Part shown: piece after piece, positions 13,693 to 26,929 of the stretch | How the letters are laid out: each line of letters starts with the position of its first letter | Position numbering within the stretch: the stretch's first letter is position 1 | Assembly (NCBI RefSeq): GCF_001194135.2 | Contig: NC_068983.1 | Span: forward strand, 28,041,014-28,105,013 | Direction of reading: 5' to 3' | DNA from: Octopus bimaculoides | Lineage: Eukaryota | Length of the DNA stretch: 64,000 nt | The notes under the pieces: model-generated | The model's database searches: none | Told to the model about the DNA's origin: nothing | What the model saw: only the letters and a program-made list of their open reading frames with translations | Program-made: the position numbers and the translations under genes

Positions 13693-14734
13693 GTCCCGTT
13701 GGGAGTCTGTTGAAATAGAAATATGAATGAGGTAAAAAGAGATTGCTACCAGAGAAACCAACACGGATGGTAAAGTAATTTCAAAAACAGAATAGTAGAA
13801 ATGAAATCACTTTACTAACTATATGCATGTGATTTTAAGCAAGCATATTCAGGTACACTACCAGCATTCTTATATGTTTGGTTCCAAAGTCTAAACAGAT
13901 TATTTTGCCAGACCATTGATGATCACATGATAATTCATTAACATTTTTCTAACTTATTAGTTATACATAAATTATTGATTATATCACAGAGCTTACATAT
14001 CAAAACATCATGGTCCATTCTTTTTCAATAGTTCTAATTTATGTTGGATCAATGTGGATTGAGATTTCCATTTAATACAACCATTAATGCTCACAGTTCT
14101 CTTAATATTAGTAATCATAGCTGAGGGTAAGTCTAATAAGCAGAGGATCTCTCAGATTTAAGTATTAGCTTTAACGTGTGCTGTTTAAAAAGTGCATCTA
14201 AACACATAGTGCACACAATACTACCTGTGAACAGGTGGCTACAAGAATTTCAAATTCTCCCTCATTAATTATCCAGATTAAATGAGGTGCTAGACCTTCA
14301 GTTGCCAGAAAAAACGTGGTGTACCTGTATGATGTCCCCATTCGTTTGGTTTGACCATGTATTTGCAAATGTAAGCACATGCTTCGGCAAATTCTCTTTT
14401 TCTCCTTTTGTGGGAGACTGGTAGTTGCCCTTGCATGAAAGTTTCTCCTCTCCATGTTACTGATGCACTGTTATCTATAATAATAAACACAAAATTCTGT
14501 CTGTTTGTCTGGGACCCATGTATCTCGGTTTACATTTGCTCTACCAGGTTGATTTGTTTGACCAAACTCTTCACAGTGGTGCCCCAGCATTGCCACAATC
14601 CAATGACTGAAGCAAGTGAAACATAAATAGATAGATAACAAAGTTTCCTTGATAGGGAGGCTGATGTTTTTGAGAAAAATTCAATCAGCAGATAGCTTTT
14701 ATTTACATTATCAATTCACTTTAAGTTAAGGAAA

Positions 14735-14781
<47 letters not shown>

Positions 14782-15797
14782 GGAGTTGTTTGTGACCCAC
14801 AGTTACTCTCTTCCCATTATCTATGTCAATCTATGATGCAACATGTAAGTGAAGATGAAGCTAAGCAGTGATATAGAACAAGTAGAGTGAATTAGATGTG
14901 CAACATGAAATGAAGCAACAGGATATCGAAATCTCTTAAGTATTTATGAAAAATGTAACTGCTTAGAGTGTTATGTAATACAAATGAATGATGCATGCTG
15001 GTAAAAAGTGTGACATAATAGATAGTAATGAGCATATAAGTTAAAATTAAGTAATTAAATTCTATAGAATGTAAAATCAGAAATTACAGAAGAAAATAGA
15101 ATTTACAGATGTGGTGATGTAGAAATAAATGCATGAAAAATATGTCAATTCCTTGTGCAAAACAGAATGTAAGTTGAAAAACCGATAAGACAGAGGATTA
15201 TATATATATAATCTATATATATTTATGCAGTCCCATCTCTTTCTGTCTCTCTCTCCAAACATGACATGCACACAATTGCACACATTCCTACAAAATTTGT
15301 ACACGTTTTTACAAAAAAAAAACATAGATGGATTAACATACTTATATATAAGCATATATTTATTATAAACCTACTCTAGAAATGCATAAATTTATAGACA
15401 TGTACATGTGTGGTTGCATTTGAATCAATTTTCTAATGATTTACAATTTTGTTCATGCTTGCATGGATTAAATGAGAATGGATGCAAATAGGCAGAAATA
15501 AAAGAGAGATCCAACAGCCATTTCTGTTCTATTCTGGCATGGATTGTATAGAATTTCAGTATAGAATTTTATCATATATTATCAATACTGCATTCTAATT
15601 TCTGACATCCCTACTTTTCCCATGCCATGAGCGTTTCATACCAGCTGATGTCAACTATTTACATTACATTCTATGAGTTTGTCTCACTTCTTCCATGCTA
15701 AGATTATCTTCCATTATCAGCTAATATCAACCATCCATGTTACATTCCAAGCTCTGACCTACTCATAGCTTCCCATACCATGATAACCTTCCACTGT

Positions 15798-16126
15798 TAG
15801 TTGAAGTCATCCAGTCACGCTATATTCTTATATCAGAGCAACCACCCTATTTTGCATATACTAACTAGCAGTGCAAGCTCAATTAAGTAGTCAGAAATTT
15901 ACATGGTTTCGGCTTCAACCCTTCTGTGTGGAATCCTGGGAAAGTGTCTTCTGCTATATCTCCAAGCCAACCAAAGTGTTCTGTGAGTGATTTGGTAGAT
16001 GGAAACTGTAAGAAGTCTAGTGTGTGTGTGTGTAGGCTAACTGCATCAAGTAGTAAGAGGCACCAAAGATCCCTTAGGGTGGTTGCTCTGATATAAGAAT
16101 ATAGCGTGACTGGATGACTTCAACTA
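15798..16126. repeat. Perfect 52-bp inverted repeat with a 225-bp spacer
   Basis: 15798-15849 (TAGTTGAAGTCATCCAGTCACGCTATATTCTTATATCAGAGCAACCACCCTA) is the exact reverse complement of 16075-16126. Confidence 0.95.
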
Positions 16127-16425
16127 TACAAACGCATTGTAATTATTCTATTAGGAATGTTAACCAAAAACAATTACAAAGAATATGGAGACTGGTACAT
16201 CTTCAATCTTTTCTTTTAATTTTAACAGTTAATTGTACTGCTTAACTGGCCAAAACGACCAACGTGTTTCTGCAGCACAGAGAATGTGCAGTTGCATATG
16301 CAGCCTGCAATATTCTATGATGCACCTTTATTCAGGTTCTTTCCACAAGTGTTAAACGTGTCTTTGTGTATGTGTTATGTTCTCCTTGTCTTAACATTAT
16401 GTAGTAGCTGTAAATGGGTGCAAGC

Positions 16426-16762
16426 AAATTGACCCCAGGACTTATTCTTTGTAAGCCTAGTACTTATTCTATCGGTCTCTTTTGCCGAACTGCTAAGTTA
16501 CGGGGATGTAAACACACCAGCATCGGTTGTCAAGCGATGTTGGGGGGACAAACACAGATACACAAACATATACACACACATACAAACATACATATACATA
16601 TACATATATACGACGGGCTTCTTTCAGTTTCCATTTACCAAATCCACTCACAAGGCTTTGGTTGGCCCAAGGTTATAGTAGAAGACACTTGCCCAAGGTG
16701 CCACACAGTGGGAATGAACCCGGAACCATGTGGTTGGTAAGCAAGCTACTTACCACACAGCC
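16426..16762 (-). mobile_element. SINE family A, 3'-truncated
   Basis: Homologous to the other family A copies. Confidence 0.8.
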
Positions 16763-17896
16763 ATTCAGTCCGTTTTATTGCACTTCTTCCAAGCTTGTCA
16801 TTTATTTACCACACTTTTTCTCCACCATGCAACTAATTACTGAGCAATGGCCCTCTACCAACCACAGAGCAGATCAGTGGCTGGTAGCATGTCGTCTTTC
16901 ATGAACATCCAGAGGCCCTACATGTTACAGCATTCTATATCCTCCTTTTTGTGTAAATTATTCTCAAATAGCACCAAGTGAAAGTTAAATCTTACAAAAG
17001 AATATTCCAGCCTTCTCATATTCTCTGGTTTCTACACATAATCTTTCTTTCTTTCTTCTTCTTCTTTTGAATTTTTTAAGCTGAATCCATTAATTTTCAG
17101 TTCATATTCAGAATGTAACCCTTAATAGATATGGTGCTTTCAATCACTCTCTTTCCTATTCAGGACACAGTGCTCACTTGAGTGGTGAATTACCAATGTG
17201 CAGGATAAGTATTTTTTTTTTGTAAGTGATATTGCAAGGGATTAGTTAATTTGCATTATTCAATCCCAGAATCCTCTCTCTCTTTCTCTTCAATTCCTGC
17301 ATTGTGACCATAGGCCTGTTGCAAACAAGCCTATCCATCATGACATTTCCTAATTTGGTTATTTCAGTACCTTGGGTCCCTTTAGAAGAGTGCACTCTGT
17401 TGCAAGCATTCAGAACAAGTCTCCAGTTTGAGGATACCTAATAAGTCTCATTCTGAGGATGCATAACAAACTTCAGAAGCCCTGTAAAGGGTCATGAACA
17501 CTGCTTGAACACTGTTTGCTCTCTTAACTAAAAGATTTTAAAAAAACCTGTCCACTGCTATGATCATTATGCAGAGAAATATATTTGATTTGCAAAACAA
17601 GCAAGCTGTTCTTTTTTAATTCTCATCAGAAATTTATATAAATTTTGCAAGAAATGCTTTTAAAATTGCTCATAAAAATTTCAACAGTTTATGAAGCAAA
17701 AATTGGCAATAAGTAGTTTTTTATAGGTTTTCTTGCAAAGTGTATATAAACTTTTAATGTTATAAATGATATTAAAGAGGATGTAACTAACTGACTGGTA
17801 ACATTATTGTAATGCATTTAGATACTTGCCATAGACCAGCAGTTTGATTCATATCTAAGCATAACATTTTTCCTTTATTTTTGTCTGTTTACATAC

Positions 17897-17919
17897 AATC
17901 TCTTCATAAAATATGCTAT
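17897..17919 (-). CDS. Candidate 23-nt microexon: (H)SIFYEEI
   Basis: Acceptor TTTTTTTTTTTTACTTCAG and donor ATT|GTATGT; phase 1->0, compatible with the 19008 donor. Pairs of this kind can also arise by chance in AT-rich DNA. Confidence 0.45.
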
Positions 17920-19007
17920 CTGAAGTAAAAAAAAAAAATCTATAATGTGAAGTTTATACAGGAATTTACTGAAAGCTTTATGTTAGTATTGTCCAAGGAC
18001 TAAATTTAGTGAATTGATAGAAATTCATAGTTTAAAAGTCTTTTATAAGGTATAGGTATAATGATATAACGATGAGATAGCAAGCAGAATATATTTATAA
18101 ATTTGTAGCTAAATGAGAATTTGTTTGTTACCTGAAGTCAGGTAACAGACAATCTATTGTAGTTGCATAAATAATTTCTCTTTTTGTGAGGCACCTAAAT
18201 ATTGTTATTAGTCAATAAATATCATAAAGACTCAACAAATAATTACACAGAAGAATGTGATATGGTACAGTAATTAGAAAGTACTAAGTAACAAGTACCT
18301 TTGTTGTATGGTTGATGTGTGTGAGCACATGATTGTGTAGTTAAGTTTACTTTGCAACTATATGACTTCAGGTTCAGTCCCACAGTGCAGCACCCAATGC
18401 ATCATGTGCTATAGCTTTGGGCCAACTAATGTCTTGTGAGTAAGTTTGGTAGATTAAAACTATACAAAATTTATTGCTTATATGTATATATACACGCATG
18501 TGCAATAGTGAATGTGGAGGGGGGAAGTTTTTGTGAGTATGTTTACAATCTGGGATTAGCAAGAAAATCTCTGAGCTCTGGTCAATGATGTTTAACATTT
18601 TGTTGTCAATAAATCCTTGTTTCCCAACTTTGAAAAAACAAGAATGGAAACTTCTTTACTTAAAAAGCAGGTAAGGGTTAGTGACAGAAAGTGTGTCCAG
18701 CTGTAAAACAATGCCTCAATAATATTTGCTTAATTCATGCTAACATGGAAAGACATAAAAATGAATGAATGAACAAATGAATGTTTATATTTATATGAAA
18801 TGAAAAACTGCTTCTTCAAATAACCATGAAAGAGTGAAAATATGTCTTGTAATATATTTTGTGTGCATGTATGTTTGTATGCAAGAATTGTTGTCTGAAT
18901 GAAAAATACAAAATTTTTAAAAAATGAAAGAGAAGAAAACAAAAATAGTGTATAATAAAGGTGATAATTGAAAATAATGAATAGCAAAAAAGAAACTTGA
19001 TTCTTAC

Positions 19008-19727
19008 GGAATTTAAATGACTGTGGTTTTGGGCCTTGCTGACTGCTCAGTGATGTGTCCCAACTGTCAGAATCACTATTTTTATGGTTATCATGTCGTG
19101 ACTGGGCAATAATTATAGAGTCTCTCACAGATAGCAATGGTTTCTTTTCACTTTCACCTCCTCCTCCACCACCACCTCCTCCTCCTCCCCCAGACCCAGT
19201 GCTATCAGTATCTGATAAAGCACATTCTTCATCCTCTTCAGTACCTTTCGTTGACTTCTCATTGCTGCGTTTACTTTTCACAACTTGTAAAACCTCATCT
19301 TCGCTGGTGTGGGGCAAGACTGTGCTAGTTCCCAATTTACGCTGTCTTAGACGTCTTGCATGGCTGCTTAGCGGGCTTGGGACATATCGCCTGAACAACT
19401 GGTGCTCTGAGCCCACAGGTGAAGTAGATATCTGATGCGTTTGATTTTCAACTGATAACATATCCGTTGACATCTCTAAGCTGTGGTCATCAGATGCAGA
19501 GAGTAACTTGCTATAGACAAAGTCATTTGAAGTGAATGAATCATTCAAGTCCTCCTCTTCATCATCTTCAGTATTATCTTGCTTCTTCTCAGAACTAATA
19601 GTGTCATCACTAATATCCTTTTGCATATCTGATATTGTGTCATCTGACACCTCTGTTTTGCCATTACACTTATTTGCAAAAGTGTTTGATGCAGATAAAT
19701 CAGTGCAATGCAACGAACCCTCAATGT
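19008..19727 (-). CDS. FRMPD4: Large coding exon, 240 codons, acidic/Ser-rich low-complexity region with a 12-Gly run
   Basis: Acceptor TTTTTTTCTTTTGTTTATTTTTCAG and donor TCC|GTAAGA; 720 nt, phase 1->1. It is the core of ORF 18730..19713, whose portion below 19008 is intron read-through. Assignment to the same gene is inferred from strand and phase. Confidence 0.8.
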
Positions 19728-20169
19728 CTGAAAAATAAACAAAAGAAAAAAAAAAACAAGAAATATAATTTTAAAATGTGAAAGATTTTGAAAGTTCCAT
19801 TAATTTATGCAAAAAGGATGCAAAATTCACAGATTATTTTTCAATTATCGGAAAAGATTGATGAGCCTTAAATTCATATCTGTTCACTAATATCCAACAA
19901 GTGTTTTAATAATTAATTGAACAAAGTCATTTACCAATTTTCTGATTCATTATTTTAAATTTTTCTATAACTGCATATGGCAATGTTTCTAGATAGTTAG
20001 ATTGTTATAAATTCGCTACTTGAACCAAATACAAGCGACAACTCTAAAATTAATTCCGCCAATTTGAATATTAATATTTATCAAATAGCACTATAACTAA
20101 TTTAAAATAAAGTCACACTTTACTTTCAATATAGCAGAAAACAAAAATTAGAGTGAAAAGAAGAGTATA

Positions 20170-20336
20170 GGCGTAGGAGTGGTTGTGTGGTAAGTAGCTT
20201 GCTTACGAACCACATGGTTCTGGGTTCAGTCCCACTGCATGTCACCTTGGGCAAGTGTCTTCTACTATAGCCTCGGGCCGACCAAAGCCTTGTGAGTGGA
20301 TTTGGTAGACGGAAACTGAAAGAAGCCCATCATATA

Positions 20337-20376
<40 letters not shown>

Positions 20377-20572
20377 TGTGTTTGTCCCCTCAACATCGCT
20401 TGACAACCGATGCTGGTGTGTTTACGTCCCCGTAACTTAGCAGTTCGGCAAAAGAGACCGATAGAATAAGTACTAGGCTTACAGAGAATAAGTCCTGGGG
20501 TCGATTTGCTCGACTAAAGGCATTGCTCCAGCATGGCCGCAGTCAAATGACTCAAACAAGTAAAAGAGAGTA
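20170..20572 (+). mobile_element. SINE family A, full length, with 9-bp TSD AAGAGTATA
   Basis: AAGAGTATA at 20161-20169 and 20573-20581. Confidence 0.85.
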
Positions 20573-21587
20573 AAGAGTATATCTTATAAGAAGAAAACGG
20601 GGTTGAAAGAAAGATATTAAAAGAGCTATGATAGTTAGAGAGGTTGTCCTTTTGAAATAGAACTAAATAACTTTTATATTTATGACTTAGAGATCTTTAT
20701 ACTTGTTTCATTCATTGAACTGTGGTCAGACTGGGGCACTACCTTTACAACAAAACCTGCATCAACACTGGTGCCAAACTGTATCAGCACAAATCAGCTG
20801 CTTTTCTCTTGAATAAACCTCAATGCCATGAAGCAGGAAGACTTGCATGCATCGGAAACAGCCAGTCCCCAAAATAATCTTGCTGGGACCTGCACATATT
20901 TATGTATAAGCTCTATGGTCAATTTTAGCCAACAGTGGCCCTCTAAATATATATTATCCTAATGAATTGTATTCGTGTTATTTTCATTGTGAAATAAAGA
21001 AATAATTACTGCAATTATTAAAGTGTTTGGCTGTATGGAAATCGAGTTGGTGGGTGGTAGAATCAGTAAGGCATTGGAGATGATGCTTTGCTGTATTTTA
21101 GTTGCATTCTTTTATTTTCTGCAGTCAAGTTTACTTTCTATCCTTCTAGGTTTGATATGGTCAAGTATTCACATCAACATCAATTGAATCAACTTTACCC
21201 CTATCCTCAAATTTCGGTTTTTGCACCATGGTATGTTATTTAATTCATTCCTAAAAGAATAAAGGCAAAATTGACCTAGGAGGGATTGTTTGAATTCAGA
21301 ACACAAAGCACTGGAATATTTTGCGGTCATTGTTCTGGCTCTTTGCATTTTCAATTTCAATGCCACTATCATCATCATGGCTGTGAATTAGCAGAATCAT
21401 TAGAGCATTAAATGAAATGTCTTGCAGTATTTGTTCTGACTCATGTTCTGTGTTCAAATCCTGCCAAAGTCAACTTTGATTTTCATCCTCTTAGATCCAA
21501 TAAAATGTTGTCAACTACTGGAGTCAATATAATCAAACAAATCCTTTCTCTCAAATTTGTTGGCCTTGTGCCTAAATCAGAAACCAC

Positions 21588-21621
<34 letters not shown>

Positions 21622-21716
21622 GTTGTTGTTGTTGTTGTTGTCAAGAACCAAACGCTGATGTGAAGAGAAGATTGGTATATTATCATTATTAGCATTATTA
21701 TTATTAAAAATATATA

Positions 21717-21953
21717 AATGCGCCTTTTTTAAAGCCTGGCCCAGTTTCCCAGTTTCTATGGCGTATGTGTTCCCCAGCTGGATGGGACGCCAGTCCATCA
21801 CAGCATTACTCATTTTTTCCAGCTGAGTGAACTGGAGCAACGTGAAATGAAGTGATTTGCTCAGGAACACAACGCGTCGCCCAGTCCAGGAATTGAAACC
21901 ACAATCTTACGATCATGATGCTGACACCCTAACCAATAAGCCACGCCCCTCCA
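21717..21953 (-). mobile_element. SINE family C variant, same subfamily as 63234-63495
   Basis: Reverse-complement homology to the 63.2 kb copy; embedded in an (ATT)n tract. Confidence 0.8.
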
Positions 21954-22604
21954 CATTATTATTATTATTGTAATGAGTTATTCTGAATTAAATGTTGATA
22001 GAAAAGGAAGACTGGTACATATATAAACAACAAAAATTGTTAAGAGGCATAATTATAACAAAGTGTGATAGGGTAAATGCAAAAATATTGCCAAAAGACA
22101 GATAATGATGAGAATTTTGATAAGACTGGTAGACAACAAAGGAAAATTCAAATAATGAAGGGAGGTAAATATAAATTAATCATAAAATATTATGTTAGAG
22201 AAAATTCAAACAGCAAGCCTGGAGTATAATTTTAATTAAATTCTATAATCCAGAAGGATTTTCATTTAGTATAAAATGAATATTTGTTCATGAAATTTGG
22301 AAACAGGAAAAAAATTTTAAAAGACCTAAGAACTAAGGTTTTTGTTTTCTAGAAATTATTCAATATGTTCTAATATTTTCTCATCATTTGTTCATTTTAG
22401 CAGATTAACGTCTATTTATTATTTATTATATTTTTGTAGAACTTTGTTTCCCAACCACATAGTTTTAGGTTCAGTGCTAAATGCTATTTTGGATATTTGT
22501 CTTCTATAGTTCCAGACCCAAAAATACCCTGTGAATGAATGGATTAGGTATGTAACTATGGGGAAGCCTGTCATATATATATATATATATATATTATAAT
22601 ATAA

Positions 22605-22852
22605 TATAATATAGGGTATCTAAGAGACACCACCACGCTGAAAATAGCAGTCAAATCTTGACTCTAAACCACAATAAATGTTCATATAGCACAAAGAGCA
22701 AAGACAAAGACAAAATAAACTAGCAAAAATTACTAGATAATTCCAGATTCCGGATTCTGGCTTTGCATAAGGAATGCTTTTATTGTGGTTTAGAGTCAAG
22801 ATTTGACTGCTATTTTCAGCATGGTGGTATCTCTTAGATACCCTATATTATA
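22605..22852. repeat. 74-bp inverted repeat with a 100-bp spacer
   Basis: 22605-22678 versus 22779-22852, 2 mismatches. Confidence 0.95.
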
Positions 22853-22899
22853 GTTTTAAATAATTGTTATCTTTGATGGTTTTTATTCCCATGCTAGCC

Positions 22900-23100
22900 A
22901 CTTGATAAAATCGATGTTTTATATATCGATCTTATCCTACGTTATGTTTTTCTCCTTATTTCTTTCTATGTTCCTTTCTGTTGAAGAGCGTAGCTCAAAA
23001 CGTTAACGATTTTCTCTATTCCCAAGCGTTAAACTAATACATCCTTTTGCTGTTTACACCACCTGTCCTCGTCTGTTGTTGTTTTTTTTCGTAAATTCTC

Positions 23101-23102
<2 letters not shown>
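22900..23102 (+). mobile_element. PLE-type pseudo-LTR fragment (second family) with hammerhead-like motif
   Basis: CTTTCTGTTGAAGAGCGTAGCTCAAAACGTT followed by GCGTTAAACTAATACATC; homologous to 33965-34140 and 63800-64000; ends in (TA)n. Confidence 0.55.
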
Positions 23103-23133
<31 letters not shown>

Positions 23134-23367
23134 TTAAAGTAGTAAGGAAAGCAAACTATTATGCTTTGCCTAATTGTTTGTTTTCCTTACGACTTTAACC
23201 TACACCAACTGATTCAAAGGGAAGCCACCTCTAGCCGTTTTGAACAAAACAATCACATGACCACTTCAACTTCCATTCAAACTGGAATTTTGGTGGCATA
23301 CCTACTTGAGCACTCAGAACGCGTACCTATTAGTTTGTGTCATCCTGATGAAAACTCATTATATCCT

Positions 23368-23420
<53 letters not shown>

Positions 23421-23932
23421 TTTGTCTCCTTGTCTCAGCATAGCAGGATATTTGTAATTAAGTGTCACCAGCACACAAGTAGAGTCTTTCATTTCCAGTC
23501 TTCTGTAAAAACATGCCTAGCCATGGGAAAACATTATCTTGCTTGGATAAAGGAGGGGGCTGATGACAGGAAAGGTCATCAGCTGAGAACGTCTTACTCA
23601 GTTGAACTTTATCAACCTCAAAAAGGATGAAAGGTGAAGTCGACCTCAGTGAGATGTGAACTCTGAGCATAAAGAGCTAGAATAAATACTTTAAAGCTAT
23701 AACAATTCTCCAAATCCACCACTTTGTCTTAAATATCTTCTCATAGGCAAAATGGGCATATATTACTATCATCTTCCTCAGGTTGATAAAATAAGCAGCC
23801 GTCAACAGAATAAGGACAGACTTGATGTCACCAACTATACCTTAGAGTACAGTATTTTGGCATGACCACAGTCCATTGACTGATCTCAGTATAAGAATTA
23901 AAGAATAACATTCATATTAGCTCAGCTTTCTA

Positions 23933-24142
23933 CAGGGTGTCCACAAAGTCTGGGTACATGGGGATTAACACATACTTTAAGAAATGATTATTTCTTATAT
24001 TTAATTGTTTATGTTATGATTTTATTTACTCCATGTACTCACATGGGGATTAACACATACTTTAAGAAATTATTATTTCTTATATTTAATTGTTTGTTAT
24101 GATTTTATTTACTCCATGTACCCAGACCTTGTGGACACCCTG
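23933..24142. mobile_element. Tc1/mariner-type MITE with internal tandem duplication
   Basis: TA on both sides; 29-bp TIR CAGGGTGTCCACAA(A/G)GTCTGGGTACATGG with 1 mismatch; the ~82-bp interior is present twice (23956-24038, 24041-24121). Confidence 0.85.
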
Positions 24143-24279
24143 TAGAAGCCCACAAAAATATCCACTCTACTTCTAGAAACAATTTTTATAACCTTTTAGA
24201 TTTCAATATATCTACCACTTATGAATATGCTTATAAAATAATAAAAAAATAAAAACAATAGAATACTTCTGACTCTCAG

Positions 24280-24420
24280 GAGCATATTTTCATGTTCAGA
24301 ATTGTCAAAGTATGGAATAAACTACCCACATCAGTTGTTTGCTCTTGAGACATTGCATCCTTCAAAAATTTCCATGTTTCTCAAAATTTGCCCATACTAC
24401 TCTTGATGTGTTTATGCACC
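24280..24420 (+). mobile_element. CR1/L2-group LINE extreme 3' remnant
   Basis: FRIVKVWNKLPTSVVCS*DIASFK matches the RVxxxWNxLPxxVV...FK terminal motif. Confidence 0.65.
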
Positions 24421-26929
24421 CACTTTATGGCTCTTTCTTACAGTTCACTTTTCTGTCTTGTTTTATTCAATTTAGTGCACATGCACTTCAAGCTTTTATG
24501 TTCGCTATTTTTTACTTGAATTATTGCCATTTTCTACCCCCGCTCTTCTACCTTTTCCAATGAATGGATTTATGAATGAATGTTTGGTAACTGCATTTAT
24601 TTCCACCACACAACACTTATTATTGCAAACATGTTTTAACTAACCTAAACTATACACACACACAAATACATTCATATATATATATGTCTCGAGTTGTAGC
24701 TGTAATTCAAAGGGGCCAGCCTTGTCATATTGTGTGTGAGGCTGAATCTCCCTGAGAACTACGTTGATGTTATGCATGTCTGTGGAGTACTCAGCCATTT
24801 GTGAGTTAATTTTATCCTCATGTGGTAATGAAAAGTGAAACTGACAGCCAATATTTGCTGTGTCTATGTATCTATGAACTTTTCTTTGGATTTATGTATC
24901 TACTGTCTCTCTCACTTCCTGTGTGCCCCTCTTCTCCCCCGGTTTTAATTTAACAATGTGTATATGTATCTATGTATCTACTTCTCTTGCGATGCGATAA
25001 ACATTTAAAAACACAAAATGAACGCTGTCACCACTCACTGTCTCTTTCACTCTCACTCTCTTTCTTTCTGTCCTCCTCTCTCTCACTTTGCCACTTCTTT
25101 CAAGTAAGTGTGACGCACACAACAGGTACATACAAAAACAAAAAGTTAGCATATTAATATTACTGATGCTCATATAGGATTTTCATTTGATATGGAAGTT
25201 ATCATATTCCACAACACTAAAGCAATTAAAGTATTTAATTCTGCATGAAATATATATGTAACTATATTAATTACCAGTCATATTTCAATACTGAATTGTT
25301 GACATGAAAAAAATCAATAAACAAGTACTGAATGAACAATTTAAATTGCTAAATGATAAATTCATACATCCACAATTCAATATTAAAAACCATATTTCCA
25401 AAATCACAGTCAATTAAAAACCTAACAGACAAAGAGCAAATAACCCAATCATAAAAGTACATTTCAACTTTGTGTTAATTGCCAAAATAATTTAAGTATC
25501 ATAATTCATGCTGAAACCAAACTTGAACTGTTGTGAACAAATGAAAAATAAATGCTAAATTATAGAAGTGGTGAATATTTCAAGCTATTAAATGTAAATG
25601 TTTGAAATCTGATATTCTAAATATAAATAAATGGCTGAGTATTCCGCAGGTGCAAGCATTCTTAATGTAATTCTTAGGTGAACTCAGCATGGCAGTGTGA
25701 TAAGGCTGTACATTTTCAATTATAAGTAAAATTTCTGGGTTTCCACACAGGTTCTGTCAGTGAAATTTCAGTCATTAGGCTTGGGTTGACCAAAGGCCAT
25801 AGGTGCTACATACTGGAAATTAAACTCTGGATCTTGTGCTTGGGAAGTAAACTTCTTAACCATTTGATCATACTATGTCTACTAGTTAAAACTAGAAAAG
25901 CTTAATATGGTAACCCATCTGAGCAGCTGAATATAGTAGCTAATCCAAGAATCTCATCTGTGCAGAATATGGTAGCTAATTGAAACAGCTAGATATGAAG
26001 TTTACTGGAATATGATACCACACTTGAGTAAGTGAATGTGGTAGTCCAACTTTAAAAATAATTTGCAGGAGAAAAAAAATATATTTGCTCATTGGCTTGT
26101 TAACATTACAATCAATCATTGTTCATGATTCACACCCATATATAACACACTTCATACACACACCTCATATAATGTCTCCCTTTCCCCAGAGATACTCGTT
26201 TCTTACAGATGTGTTAGTTTTTTTGAAACTTCTTCCACTCCTTATTTTTATATAGAAATCATACTCTCATCAGATCCACATTTATCATAAAGTATTTTGT
26301 CTAGTAATGGAATGTATCTATTACTTCCAGTGAGCCGTATGAATAGTCTGTAGTATTAAATTCATGGCTGTTTGTGCTGTTATCTTATCCAATATAACTG
26401 GTACTCCTAATGCTATTGATTTTTTTTCCTTCTCTTCTTTAAACATAATGTTATTCCAGAAATGGCTAAAAACAACTGAAAACACATACACACACACGCA
26501 CAATTGTTGTAACGTCTTCCAGACATTTGGCTATAAAATTGTGCAAAGTAATGGTAAGCAAGATAAGACTCCATTTGGTTGTGAATACAGTTGTGTCGTC
26601 AGAGACAAAGCAAAGTGGGAAAAGTGAAGAGAAGCTTGAGAATTTATCTGGACCTATCATCAAATTCTCAGTGCTTTCCTGGAGCCAAATAGACTGTTAT
26701 TACCTACATGAAATCAGGGGTTGTAACAAGAACTGGTCTTTCTACCTATGAAAAATATTATAGGATGATTACATACTATAAAATAACGGAAAGTATGTTC
26801 TCAGTGTCAAAATTAAAGGCAGGAGATAGCTAAAATTGTTAGAGCACTGGATACCATGCCATGTAATATTCAGCTATGGTCTTTTATATTCTGGGTTCAG
26901 TACCAATCAAATATTATTTACCTTTCAAA

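Noticed and set aside
19055-19435. 126-aa plus-strand ORF with a poly-Pro run
   Set aside because: Antisense shadow of the 720-nt exon; the poly-Pro mirrors the poly-Gly codons.
20170-20250. tRNA-like A/B boxes at SINE heads
   Set aside because: No complete cloverleaf or anticodon arm, and each is followed by a SINE body; not tRNA genes.
26523-26553. Plus-strand 31-nt microexon candidate (TFGYKIVQSN)
   Set aside because: Isolated, with no partner exons or homology; chance level.
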